A stretch of DNA of 41,176 bases from a virus (taxonomy: Duplodnaviria > Caudoviricetes). Under the pieces are notes generated by a model. The model was not told the DNA's origin and made no database searches. It saw only the letters and a program-made list of their open reading frames with translations. The stretch lies in IMG/VR virus record IMGVR_UViG_3300017707_001413, positions 1 to 41,176 of that record; one strand, 5' to 3'. A program made the position numbers and the translations under genes. Each line of letters opens with the position of its first letter. Position 1 is the first letter of the stretch. This document shows positions 27,153-34,683 of this stretch, piece after piece.

Positions 27153-28600
27153 ATCAATTCACGATCAACGGAGTGAACGGGGTGAAGGATCTGGTGGTGA
27201 GCATCGACGGGCCGGGGGTGTTCGTGGCCAGGGGGCCGAACGGGGCGGGGAAGTCGAACGCCATCGAGGCGATCAAGGCGGCAAACGGGGACAAGGACGC
27301 GAAGGCGGAGCCGTCCGACGGGTTCGCGAAGGGCGAGGTGCGCGGCGCAAGCGGAGAGGTGCTGATGGCGGTGGGGAACCGGCGGAAGCTGGCGGGCGAT
27401 CTGCCATCGGTGCGGCTGGTGTCCACGGGCGCGATTGGGCGGCTGATCGATCCGCAGATCGCGGACAGCGAGACGGCGGCGAAGGCGCGCATCAAGGCGT
27501 TGCTGACTTTGATGCCGCTGCCGGCGGATGACGCGGCGCGGATGGGGCTGACGGCGAATGACGAGGAGCTTCAGCTCTGGATCAAGAGTGATCCATCGAA
27601 GGACGCGGCGGAGATGGCGGAGGCGGTGCGGAAGCGGGCGAACGAGCTGGCGAACGAGCTGGAGAAGCGCAGCGCAGAGGCGTCGGGCGAGGAGCTTTCG
27701 ATGAACGCGCTGATCGAGGGTCTGGGGCAGTTGGATTTCGAGGCGGGCAATTTGAAGGTGCAGGAGACGATCCTTCAGCAGATGGCGAATGCGGCGTCAG
27801 TGAAGGCGGAGACGGCACAGGCGAGGTTGACGTTGGAGCGTCAGCAGGAAGAGGCAAGGAAGGCGATGGGCGAGAGGCCGGACATCGAGAAGGCGCAGGC
27901 GGATTTGGATGCGGCGAATCGATCTGTGTTTGAGGCGCAGGCCGCGTTGAAAGTGGCAGCGGCGATGTGGGAGGAAAAAGGCCGGGCGTTGAACGGGGCG
28001 AAGCGGGCACTGATGGTTTACGCGGCGCAAACCGAAATTCTGAGGCAAGAGATCAAAGGCGCCACGACGCAGGAGGCGATTGAAGCGGAGCAGGCGGCGG
28101 ATGCACAGCGGGGCCGGGTGGAACGGGCGCGGAAGGTGGACCAGGCGAAGAGCTTCATGGCGTCGGCGATGGCGGCGAAGGAGCGTCGGGAGAAGTGCGC
28201 GGATCGTGCGGTGGTATTGCGCGGCATCGCGAAGGGGACGGCGACGGCCTTGGGAGAATTGCTGGCGCGGCGCGGGTTGCCGGGGCTTGGGATCACGGAG
28301 GGTCGGCTGGTGGTGTTGGACCCGGCGGCACCGGGCGGGATGAAGGATTTCGATTTGCGCCTGAGCTTCGGCGAGCGGGTGCGGGCGGCGCTGGGGATTG
28401 CTCTTGCCGGAATGACCAATGACCAAGGCCCAATGTCCAATGACAGAAGGCTGCCGGTGATGGCGTTGGAGCCGGGTTTCTGGCTGGCGCTGGATGACGG
28501 GCACAGGGCGGAGGTGAACCGGATCGCGAGGGAACGCGGGGTGTGCCTGATCACGGAGGAGCCGGGGGATGGAGAACTGAGAATTGAGAGGATGGCGTGA
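27149..28600 (+). CDS. SMC/SbcC-like ABC-ATPase with coiled coil
   Basis: Walker A GPNGAGKS, long coiled coil, signature LSFGE, degenerate Walker B. Confidence 0.75.
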   Translation: MNQFTINGVNGVKDLVVSIDGPGVFVARGPNGAGKSNAIEAIKAANGDKDAKAEPSDGFAKGEVRGASGEVLMAVGNRRKLAGDLPSVRLVSTGAIGRLIDPQIADSETAAKARIKALLTLMPLPADDAARMGLTANDEELQLWIKSDPSKDAAEMAEAVRKRANELANELEKRSAEASGEELSMNALIEGLGQLDFEAGNLKVQETILQQMANAASVKAETAQARLTLERQQEEARKAMGERPDIEKAQADLDAANRSVFEAQAALKVAAAMWEEKGRALNGAKRALMVYAAQTEILRQEIKGATTQEAIEAEQAADAQRGRVERARKVDQAKSFMASAMAAKERREKCADRAVVLRGIAKGTATALGELLARRGLPGLGITEGRLVVLDPAAPGGMKDFDLRLSFGERVRAALGIALAGMTNDQGPMSNDRRLPVMALEPGFWLALDDGHRAEVNRIARERGVCLITEEPGDGELRIERMA

Positions 28601-28691
28601 ACGAAAAAGCTAACTGACGTATGCCCGCCACTGACTACCAAAACAAGAAAACCGTGAACTGGCATACGTTCACAGCAGCGCCTGGTTAGGC
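28596..28691 (-). other. attC site (cassette 16, most distal)
   Basis: Plus strand: CGTGAAC..TGACGTATGCC..GGCATACGTTCA..GTTAGGC. Confidence 0.75.
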
Positions 28692-28704
28692 GCACCTGAC
28701 CATT

Positions 28705-28905
28705 ATGAGCATCCAAGACATCCAAAAAAGAATCGACGACATAAAAGCGAGCGTGGGCGACGACGAGAGCGCGCACGGAATGGAAGACGCGCTCAGACGC
28801 GACTTCATCGCCTACCTCGCAAGCGGCGGGGCGGAAGACACCCAGAGCAAAGCGGCGCTCGTGCTCACAACCGAGGGACTGAGCTTTGCGCGGTGGTGCG
28901 CCTAA
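28705..28905 (+). CDS. Cassette 16 ORF, small hypothetical protein
   Basis: Cassette ends GTTAGGCGCAC / GTGCGCCTAAC (11/11 complementary); stop is the TAA of the R box. Confidence 0.7.
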   Translation: MSIQDIQKRIDDIKASVGDDESAHGMEDALRRDFIAYLASGGAEDTQSKAALVLTTEGLSFARWCA

Positions 28906-28985
28906 CGCCTAGCTATGGCACGGCGAAACAGGACTCCGATTGCAAGTGGCGGATTATCGCCGTTGCCATAAGCGTCTTGTTAGGC
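28900..28985 (-). other. attC site (cassette 15)
   Basis: GCCTAAC..GCTATGGCACGGCGA..TCGCCGTTGCCATAAGC..GTTAGGC. Confidence 0.85.
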
Positions 28986-29025
28986 TTTTTTGGGATGGTA
29001 TGGAATGAACAATAAGCGAAAGAAT

Positions 29026-29475
29026 ATGGAAATATACATAGTAAAAGAGTATGAAGCAATCGAGGGAGGCGGAGGTCACGAATCCATTATTGGGGCATGG
29101 TATGACAAGGAATCCGCCGAAAAATATGCCGCAAACCAGAACGGGGGGCGTTACATGCAGTGGGATGTTGAAGAGGTGGATGTCATGGATACTCAGCCTA
29201 ACTCCAAAGCTCAGCCAATGCCGCGCTCTCCCTCAACTCCCGCAGACCTCAACGGCCCCGTGCGCGGCATTGGCTGTGGCGGTTTGTTAGGCTGTATTTG
29301 TCACCGCTGCATTCGCGAGAAGGACATACGAAACGAATGGGGTATGCCGATAAGCTCCTCGCAAATGATCGTGTGCCCCGAATGCGGAAACAAACGATGC
29401 CCGCACGCCAGCGACCATCGATTCGCCTGCACGAAATCAAACCAACCCGGACAGGCCGGTAGCGTCTATGCTTAA
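29026..29475 (+). CDS. In-frame fusion of cassette 15 and cassette 14 ORFs (C-terminal Cys-rich domain)
   Basis: Reads through attC 29196-29292; internal ATG at 29218 starts the CHRC..CPECGNKRCPHASDH domain. Confidence 0.6.
   Translation: MEIYIVKEYEAIEGGGGHESIIGAWYDKESAEKYAANQNGGRYMQWDVEEVDVMDTQPNSKAQPMPRSPSTPADLNGPVRGIGCGGLLGCICHRCIREKDIRNEWGMPISSSQMIVCPECGNKRCPHASDHRFACTKSNQPGQAGSVYA
29196..29292 (-). other. attC site (cassette 14)
   Basis: GCCTAAC..CAGCCAATGCCGCGC..GCGCGGCATTGGCTG..GTTAGGC. Confidence 0.85.
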
Positions 29476-29582
29476 CTCCTGAGATGAGCCACGAGTCCGC
29501 AGAACACTCTATGGAAACGATAACTCAAAAACCTACCGAGAACGGACAGCCGGGCTTGTTGCGCTCTGGCGATTTGTTCGGC
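29470..29582 (-). other. attC site (cassette 13)
   Basis: GCTTAAC..GAGCCACGAGTCCG..CGGGCTTGTTGCGCTC..GTTCGGC (more degenerate). Confidence 0.65.
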
Positions 29583-29906
29583 GAGATTGTCCGCAAGCAC
29601 AGCCTCGCAGTCGAATCACTGACGGAACAACAGCTCGCCGAAGTCATACGGCAAGCAATCGCATCCGGCGACATCGTGCGGAACGTGATGCACGACGGCT
29701 CCGCGCAGGCGATCACCTACATCCCGTATCGCGAAGTCTCGCGCCTACGGGACCAGTATCACGAACTGCTCTACGCAGTCGCCAGCAAGCACGACGGCGA
29801 GACGCGGCACGAGACGGCGCTGCGCTATATCCGCGAACGCGAGGAACGCACCGAAGGCCCGGCCTCTTCTTCGCCGAACGCTCCGCATGAGCGACCGCCG
29901 ACATGA
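29484..29906 (+). CDS. Cassette 13 ORF, phage hypothetical protein (start 29484 or 29511, inside attC)
   Basis: Cassette ends GTTCGGCGA / TCGCCGAAC; 'YHELLYAVASKHDGETRHETALRYI'. Confidence 0.65.
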   Translation: MSHESAEHSMETITQKPTENGQPGLLRSGDLFGEIVRKHSLAVESLTEQQLAEVIRQAIASGDIVRNVMHDGSAQAITYIPYREVSRLRDQYHELLYAVASKHDGETRHETALRYIREREERTEGPASSSPNAPHERPPT

Positions 29907-29963
29907 GACGCCCGAACTCGCCAGAAACGCTTGCCGGCGGTTCGCTCCATGCGGTGGTTGGGC
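29873..29963 (-). other. attC site (cassette 12)
   Basis: GCCGAAC..CCGCATGAGCGACCGCCG..CGGCGGTTCGCTCCATGCGG..GTTGGGC. Confidence 0.9.
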
Positions 29964-29989
29964 GTCCGTCGAATTATGAAAATAGACGC

Positions 29990-30018
29990 TTGACAATGCG
30001 AGCTAGCACGCATAGAGT
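29990..30018 (+). promoter_or_regulatory. Sigma70 promoter inside cassette 12 with operator in the spacer
   Basis: TTGACA-N17-TAGAGT; near-palindrome ATGCGAGCTAGCACGCAT. Confidence 0.7.
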
Positions 30019-30026
30019 AGGCACGT

Positions 30027-30266
30027 ATGAAACAACAAATCACTGCGGTCAAAATAACGGCGGGGCAATATCGCCTCGGAAACCTCGTAGTCGTCAAACA
30101 TCCTCCGACGTTCGCGGGCACAACAACAACGTGGTGCAGGGCGGACAATCAAGGCGGCGGAATGCTCGGCTACTCGCTAGCGGAAGTGGTCGAACTGGCA
30201 AACAAGCCGATGTCGTATGCCTACGACCTCGCCAACGGCACGAAACTGCATCCCGCATCCAAATGA
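30027..30266 (+). CDS. Cassette 12 ORF1, hypothetical
   Basis: ATG 8 nt after the -10 box; ATGA-coupled to ORF2. Confidence 0.6.
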   Translation: MKQQITAVKITAGQYRLGNLVVVKHPPTFAGTTTTWCRADNQGGGMLGYSLAEVVELANKPMSYAYDLANGTKLHPASK

Positions 30267-30496
30267 ACAAGTGCCCCAAATGCGGCCACACATGGCCGGA
30301 CACGAAGCGCGCCAGCGGTGGAAAAGCTCGCTGGCGCGGACTCACCAAAAAGCAACGCTCACAAGCTGCCAGCGAGGCGGCGAAAGCACGATGGGCAAGG
30401 ACGCCCAACGTCGCCGATTCTCGAAATAACTCGGTGAGCAGCCCAACGACCAAGCTCAGCAACCACTGGCCGACAGTGACGAAGGACAACCAATGA
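30263..30496 (+). CDS. Cassette 12 ORF2, zinc-knuckle + basic helix protein
   Basis: MNKCPKCGH..SGGKARWRGLTKKQRSQAASEAAKARW. Confidence 0.65.
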   Translation: MNKCPKCGHTWPDTKRASGGKARWRGLTKKQRSQAASEAAKARWARTPNVADSRNNSVSSPTTKLSNHWPTVTKDNQ

Positions 30497-30556
30497 ACCA
30501 AAACGCATCGAACGTAAAGAGGACACCGGCTGTTGCGGTGCAGCGCGTGGTTAGGT
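30441..30556 (-). other. attC site (cassette 11)
   Basis: GCCCAAC..GCTCAGC..GCCG..CCGGCTGTTGCGGTGCAGC..GTTAGGT; homologous to attC 35619-35745. Confidence 0.75.
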
Positions 30557-30825
30557 GCGTCGAGGTTTCAAAAGAACTTCAAGACAATCTGGCCGTGATG
30601 AAAAGACTGATCGGAGACAAATGGGAAGCCAGCGCCGCCGAATACAAAACCATCGTGAGCAGAGTGATGATCGCTACCAACGACGACAACCCAATCTCCT
30701 GCGCGCTTCCGATGGCGAAAGAAATGTCCAGGCGAGGACACAGCCCGCTCATGCTGCTGGCCGTCGCAACTGAAATGAGCGAAGCACCTAACGCAGAGTC
30801 CAGCCGCCCCGCGCCGAAAATCTGA
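30493..30825 (+). CDS. Cassette 11 ORF, hypothetical (starts in attC loop)
   Basis: Cassette ends GTTAGGTGC / GCACCTAAC; RBS AAGGA + ATG inside attC. Confidence 0.65.
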   Translation: MNQNASNVKRTPAVAVQRVVRCVEVSKELQDNLAVMKRLIGDKWEASAAEYKTIVSRVMIATNDDNPISCALPMAKEMSRRGHSPLMLLAVATEMSEAPNAESSRPAPKI

Positions 30826-30898
30826 ACGCTATGGAAACGAAAACGAGCAACGAAAATCAGGACGCTTGCGCGGGGTTGGCTGCGACGACGGGTTATGC
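30786..30898 (-). other. attC site (cassette 10)
   Basis: ACCTAAC..GTCCAGCCGCCCCGCGC..GCGCGGGGTTGGCTGCGAC..GTTATGC. Confidence 0.85.
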
Positions 30899-31100
30899 CA
30901 TTCGCGCCATGAATCCACGCGAGGGCGACAAAATCACACAGGGCTCGACCACAATAGAAGTGAAGTGGGTGGCGGACGGAACTGTAGCCTACGTGGTGCA
31001 AAACGAATCGCAAAAGCTAGACCGACAAGCCCCGCTCGAAGACTGGCCGAGGCTGATGCGAATAGCATTGGACAAGGGGGCAACATTCCATGCGGCATAA
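30831..31100 (+). CDS. Cassette 10 ORF, hypothetical
   Basis: Cassette ends GTTATGCC / GGCATAAC; ATG in the attC loop. Confidence 0.6.
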   Translation: METKTSNENQDACAGLAATTGYAIRAMNPREGDKITQGSTTIEVKWVADGTVAYVVQNESQKLDRQAPLEDWPRLMRIALDKGATFHAA

Positions 31101-31186
31101 CGATCCGGATCAGAGACCCGGCCAATGAAGACTCTCGATTGCAACCACGACGCGATGGCCGGGTTCTCTGCATCCGGTTGTTCTCC
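31095..31186 (-). other. attC site (cassette 9)
   Basis: GCATAAC..CCGGATCAGAGACCCGGCCA..TGGCCGGGTTCTCTGCATCCGG..GTTCTCC. Confidence 0.9.
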
Positions 31187-32021
31187 ATCCGGTCGAACTC
31201 ACCTCGACCTGTTCAGTGGAATCGGTGGCTTCGCGCTCGCCGCGCAAGCGGCGGGATACTCAACCATCGGCTTTTCTGAAATCGAACCCTATGCCTGCAA
31301 AATCCTCAAACGACACTGGCCCGACGTGCCCAACCACGGCGACATCCGAAATATCCGAAACGTGCGGGCCGACCTCATCACAGGCGGATTTCCTTGCCAG
31401 CCTTTCAGTCTCGCCGGGAAGCGACTCGGCGCGGCGGATGACCGTCACCTCTGGCCGGAAATGTGCCGAGTTATTGGCGAGGCGCGACCAACTTGGGTGC
31501 TTGGTGAGAATGTGCCTGGAATCATCGGTCTGGAACTCGACGGCGTGCTATCTGACTTGGAAGGTCTCGGCTACGCCGCGTGGCCGCTTGTTATTCCGGC
31601 TGTCGCCTGCGATGCCAGACACCGAAGAGACCGGCTTTGGGTTGTGGCCCACTCCCAATGTCTGTGGCGGCGGGAACCCGCCGCACATCCTGACGAAGCA
31701 CAAGGGCCACTACATCCGACCAAGCGGGAAGAAGGCGCACCTCGGACTGGACCAAGCCGTGAAGCTGTGGCCGACGCCTCGGGCGAGCGAAAACGAAAAC
31801 CGGCAGACGAAGCCAACTCCGTCGCAGATAGCGGGAACACATGGCAAGAGTCTGGCGGCGGAATGCGGTGGCGCCCTGAACCCGAACTGGGTCGAGTGGC
31901 TGATGGGATACCCAATCGGCCACACCGCCTCCGTGGACTTGGAAACGCCATCGTCCCGCAAGTCGCGGAAACGCTCCTGCGCATGATGGCGAGGATGGAG
32001 AACGATAAAATCCTGCCATGA
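31125..32021 (+). CDS. Cassette 9: DNA cytosine-5 methyltransferase (alpha polypeptide)
   Basis: Motif I DLFSGIGG, IV GGFPCQPFS, VI ENV, VIII HRRDRLW, X LGNAIVPQVA. Confidence 0.92.
   Translation: MKTLDCNHDAMAGFSASGCSPSGRTHLDLFSGIGGFALAAQAAGYSTIGFSEIEPYACKILKRHWPDVPNHGDIRNIRNVRADLITGGFPCQPFSLAGKRLGAADDRHLWPEMCRVIGEARPTWVLGENVPGIIGLELDGVLSDLEGLGYAAWPLVIPAVACDARHRRDRLWVVAHSQCLWRREPAAHPDEAQGPLHPTKREEGAPRTGPSREAVADASGERKRKPADEANSVADSGNTWQESGGGMRWRPEPELGRVADGIPNRPHRLRGLGNAIVPQVAETLLRMMARMENDKILP
31216..31986 (+). CDS. Overlapping +1-frame ORF, probable beta polypeptide of the C5-MTase (TRD + motif IX)
   Basis: 256 open codons inside the MTase gene; WPTP repeats and LNPNWVEWLMGYP (motif IX-like); true start uncertain. 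Confidence 0.65.
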   Translation: MESVASRSPRKRRDTQPSAFLKSNPMPAKSSNDTGPTCPTTATSEISETCGPTSSQADFLASLSVSPGSDSARRMTVTSGRKCAELLARRDQLGCLVRMCLESSVWNSTACYLTWKVSATPRGRLLFRLSPAMPDTEETGFGLWPTPNVCGGGNPPHILTKHKGHYIRPSGKKAHLGLDQAVKLWPTPRASENENRQTKPTPSQIAGTHGKSLAAECGGALNPNWVEWLMGYPIGHTASVDLETPSSRKSRKRSCA

Positions 32022-32094
32022 ATCCCGCGCCCTCCAGCTCCGCCTCGTCACCGACTCCCTCGCGGGAGTCATTGGCAGCGATGCCTTGTTGTCC
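31997..32094 (-). other. attC site (cassette 8)
   Basis: GGAGAAC..ATCCTGCCATGAATCCCGCG..CGCGGGAGTCATTGGCAGCGAT..GTTGTCC. Confidence 0.85.
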
Positions 32095-32875
32095 GTCTTT
32101 TGTGTATTCCGCGCAGGGCTCACTATGGGGAGAAAAGGAGGTAGTCGGATTCGGGAATTATGCGTTCCGCGTCGTGGAAATCGGCAAGCCGGAAGCAAAC
32201 GCCGTGATCATCGCAAACCACTACTCGAAAAAAACCGCCACCGATGCCCACACGCGCCTCTGCTATGCCGTGGAAATCGACGGGGAGAGAATGGGCGTGC
32301 TGCAATTCGGATACGCCATGAATCCCGCCAGTGGCTCGGCTGTGGTGGCAGAAACCGGGCTGAATGACTACCTGGAACTGAATCGGATGTGGCTCGATGA
32401 CCGCGCCCCGCGCAACACCGAAAGCAAGGCGATAGCCTACTGCCTGCGGACGATCCGCCGCCGGATGCCAACCGTCGAATGGGTGATGAGCTTCGCGGAT
32501 GAACGCTGCGGAAAGCTGGGCGTGGTCTATCAGGCCGCAAACTTCGGATACTACGGCGGACACGTCTCCACGTTCTGGGAAATCGACGGTGAAATGATCC
32601 ACAATGCGATAGCCACGAACGGCAAGCGGAAACGCAAGGACTCGCTCGACATGGAAAAGGCGATCCGCCACGACCTACGGCAATTCCGATACATCTACTG
32701 GCTGCAAAAGCGGGCGCGGAAACGCTGCCTACTCACTGAGCAGCCATACCCCAAACATGCGTCAGAGGGCTCTGTGGAGAGCCGCCTCGTTACCAACGAG
32801 GAGGGGCAGGGTCAGATCCTGCCTGACGCTCCATTTTCTTCGGACAACGACCAAGCTCAGCGACCTGCCAAATGA
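32018..32875 (+). CDS. Cassette 8: Mom-like adenine-modification protein (GNAT fold)
   Basis: IIANHYS, GVLQFG, YLELNRMWLDD..PRNTES, SFADERCG..GVVYQAANF are hallmarks of the phage Mu Mom family. Confidence 0.85.
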   Translation: MNPAPSSSASSPTPSRESLAAMPCCPSFVYSAQGSLWGEKEVVGFGNYAFRVVEIGKPEANAVIIANHYSKKTATDAHTRLCYAVEIDGERMGVLQFGYAMNPASGSAVVAETGLNDYLELNRMWLDDRAPRNTESKAIAYCLRTIRRRMPTVEWVMSFADERCGKLGVVYQAANFGYYGGHVSTFWEIDGEMIHNAIATNGKRKRKDSLDMEKAIRHDLRQFRYIYWLQKRARKRCLLTEQPYPKHASEGSVESRLVTNEEGQGQILPDAPFSSDNDQAQRPAK

Positions 32876-32947
32876 TCCAAAGCGATCCAATTGCCTCAAT
32901 GCGTCGTGCCGGGCGAACCGCAGGTTCGCTGAAGCGCGTGGTTACAC
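32842..32947 (-). other. attC site (cassette 7)
   Basis: GGACAAC..GCTCAGCGACCTGC..GCAGGTTCGCTGAAGC..GTTACAC. Confidence 0.9.
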
Positions 32948-33108
32948 CGCGTCCGGACGATCCGGGATGGCTGGAGGACTGGCCAAGGCGAAACAAGGCC
33001 GGTGACGCAGTGGTGATGTGGGATGAACTTATCGCGTGCATGAACCTGCGGCATCAGCGGTGTAACGCAGAAGTCAGCGACCGGCGCGGAGCCGGTTCGC
33101 TGCACTGA
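32872..33108 (+). CDS. Cassette 7 ORF, small hypothetical
   Basis: Cassette ends GTTACACCGC / GCGGTGTAAC; starts and stops inside attC sites. Confidence 0.5.
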   Translation: MIQSDPIASMRRAGRTAGSLKRVVTPRPDDPGWLEDWPRRNKAGDAVVMWDELIACMNLRHQRCNAEVSDRRGAGSLH

Positions 33109-33118
33109 CGGGTTCTGC
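33060..33118 (-). other. attC site (cassette 6), classic 59-base element
   Basis: Minus strand: GCAGAAC CCGTC AGTGCAGC GAACCGGC TCCGC GCCGGTC GCTGACT TCTGC GTTACAC. Confidence 0.92.
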
Positions 33119-33122
33119 ATTT

Positions 33123-33413
33123 ATGACGAAAATTGACTATTACGAAGGACTGAACCGCGACTCGAAACTGACCGTGGAACTCGACGTGCCGACAGTCGCG
33201 AAAGAAATCTGCGCGATGAACTACGGCGCGCACCGGCTGCTCTCAGCGATGGTCCGCGAACTCCGAGCGAAGAACATGGAATACGTGAACTACCAACGCG
33301 AGAAGGACGCCGCATTGCCGGAAAATCGGCGGCTTAATCTGCCCGCTGAACGCGAACGGTCGCCGCTGGCCGACGCAATCGAAGCCGCACTAAACGCGGG
33401 GCACACCTACTAA
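33123..33413 (+). CDS. Cassette 6 ORF, hypothetical
   Basis: Cassette ends GTTCTGCATTTA / TAAATGCAGAAC (12/12). Confidence 0.7.
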   Translation: MTKIDYYEGLNRDSKLTVELDVPTVAKEICAMNYGAHRLLSAMVRELRAKNMEYVNYQREKDAALPENRRLNLPAERERSPLADAIEAALNAGHTY

Positions 33414-33415
33414 AT

Positions 33416-33508
33416 GCAGAACGGTGCGGATCAGCGACCGGGCCACACGAAAGGCTCGGATTGCAAGTGACGTGCGATGGCCCGGTTCGCTGCATCCGCT
33501 TGTTAGGG
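33416..33508 (-). other. attC site (cassette 5)
   Basis: Minus strand: CCCTAAC AAGCG GATGCAGC GAACCGGGCC..GGCCCGGTC GCTGATC CGCACC GTTCTGC. Confidence 0.92.
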
Positions 33509-33546
33509 CGCAGTTTCCGGGGCGTGAAAATAAATGCAGAATCTTC

Positions 33547-33574
33547 TTGCAATACCCAGCGATGGGTATAGAGT
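33547..33574 (+). promoter_or_regulatory. Sigma70 promoter inside cassette 5 with operator in the spacer
   Basis: TTGCAA-N16-TAGAGT; inverted repeat ATACCCA-GCGA-TGGGTAT. Confidence 0.65.
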
Positions 33575-33580
33575 GAGCAC

Positions 33581-33763
33581 ATGAATAAAGCAACTCTGAC
33601 GGGAATGAGAATGATGGCCGAAGCGATGACCGCAACGGATAACTACGCTGCCCAAATCGAAGTGGATGGAAAATGGCAGACCGTGATCGACAAGCTCAAC
33701 AAGGCCGAAGCCGAAAAGATGGCGAGCCGATGGGAGCGCAGCCGGGTGGTGAAGGTATGGTAA
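33581..33763 (+). CDS. Cassette 5 ORF1, hypothetical
   Basis: ATG 6 nt after the -10 box (leaderless-type). Confidence 0.6.
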   Translation: MNKATLTGMRMMAEAMTATDNYAAQIEVDGKWQTVIDKLNKAEAEKMASRWERSRVVKVW

Positions 33764-33969
33764 AATGCCCACACTGCGGCGGGGAAATAAACCCCGCCGC
33801 ACTCCTCGGCAGCATCTCGACGCCAGCGAAGGCGCGGGCTGCTCGCGCGAACGCCAAGCTCGGCGGATGGCCGAAGGGCCGGAAGCGTGGAAAAACCAAG
33901 CGCGTCTGCCTGCGCCCTAACGCTCCGCATGAGCCATGCGGCGCGAAGAAAGAAAACCGTGAACACTGA
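33757..33969 (+). CDS. Cassette 5 ORF2, zinc-knuckle + basic protein
   Basis: MVKCPHCGG..STPAKARAARANAKLGGWPKGRKR. Confidence 0.65.
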   Translation: MVKCPHCGGEINPAALLGSISTPAKARAARANAKLGGWPKGRKRGKTKRVCLRPNAPHEPCGAKKENREH

Positions 33970-34026
33970 AACCAATATCCGAACTGAAGGGCGTCCGCCG
34001 CATTGTGCTCCATGCGGTTGTTCTCC
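33915..34026 (-). other. attC site (cassette 4)
   Basis: CCCTAAC..CCGCATGAGCCATGCGGCG..CGCCGCATTGTGCTCCATGCGG..GTTCTCC. Confidence 0.88.
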
Positions 34027-34636
34027 TGCGTCAAATTCTAAAATGCGCTTCTCAGATGAGCATCGAGCAAATCTGTCCGCTGCCCTATCAGGTCGAAAAT
34101 TTTCTGATGAGCACCGCAAAAAACTCTCGGAAAGCTACAGGATGACATATAAAAACGGTCGCCAGCCTTCGGTAATCGCCGCAAACAAACTCGCTGAATG
34201 GACGAAGCAAAACCTGACTGGAAAGCCGCTGTCTCCAGAACACAATGAAAACGCCCACGCCCCGCTGCGTGGGAAACTCCGAACATCTGAAAAAGTAAAA
34301 CGCGGCAAGCTCACTGGAGCACTATCCGGCCAAATCAGAGACGACAGAGGCGTAACACACCGCTTTGTAAATCTCGTCCACTTCGTAAGAACGAATCCTC
34401 ATCTGTTCAAGGCTGATGAAATCCAATGGCGTAAAGACGGGCGAGGACATGAAGTGTGCCGTGCCTCAAAAGGGCTGGCGAATCTGTTTGGGAAAGGAAA
34501 GGTCGTGCCGGGATCGTGGCACGGCTGGACTGTCGTAAGCATCCATGAACGACGCTTCAATGACGGGAACGACCTACTCGCCCGGAACGATCAGGAGAAC
34601 GCTCCGCATGAGCGACCGCCGACCAAAACGCTATGA
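33959..34636 (+). CDS. Cassette 4: NUMOD3-motif DNA-binding protein
   Basis: FSDEHRANLSAALSGRKFSDEHRKKLSES and GKPLSPEH repeats; GTG start in the attC loop (start uncertain). Confidence 0.65.
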   Translation: MNTETNIRTEGRPPHCAPCGCSPASNSKMRFSDEHRANLSAALSGRKFSDEHRKKLSESYRMTYKNGRQPSVIAANKLAEWTKQNLTGKPLSPEHNENAHAPLRGKLRTSEKVKRGKLTGALSGQIRDDRGVTHRFVNLVHFVRTNPHLFKADEIQWRKDGRGHEVCRASKGLANLFGKGKVVPGSWHGWTVVSIHERRFNDGNDLLARNDQENAPHERPPTKTL

Positions 34637-34683
34637 TTGCAACTGAAACGCCAGCGGCGGTTCGCTCGATGCGGTTGTTAGAC
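34594..34683 (-). other. attC site (cassette 3)
   Basis: GGAGAAC..CCGCATGAGCGACCGCCG..GCGGCGGTTCGCTCGATGCGG..GTTAGAC. Confidence 0.9.

Noticed and set aside
29903-30262. N-terminal 120 codons of ORF 29903-30496 as a real protein
   Set aside because: It overlaps the promoter and ORF 30027-30266 and has no recognisable features; ATG 30263 is the more plausible start. Read-through from the ATGA at 29903 cannot be excluded.
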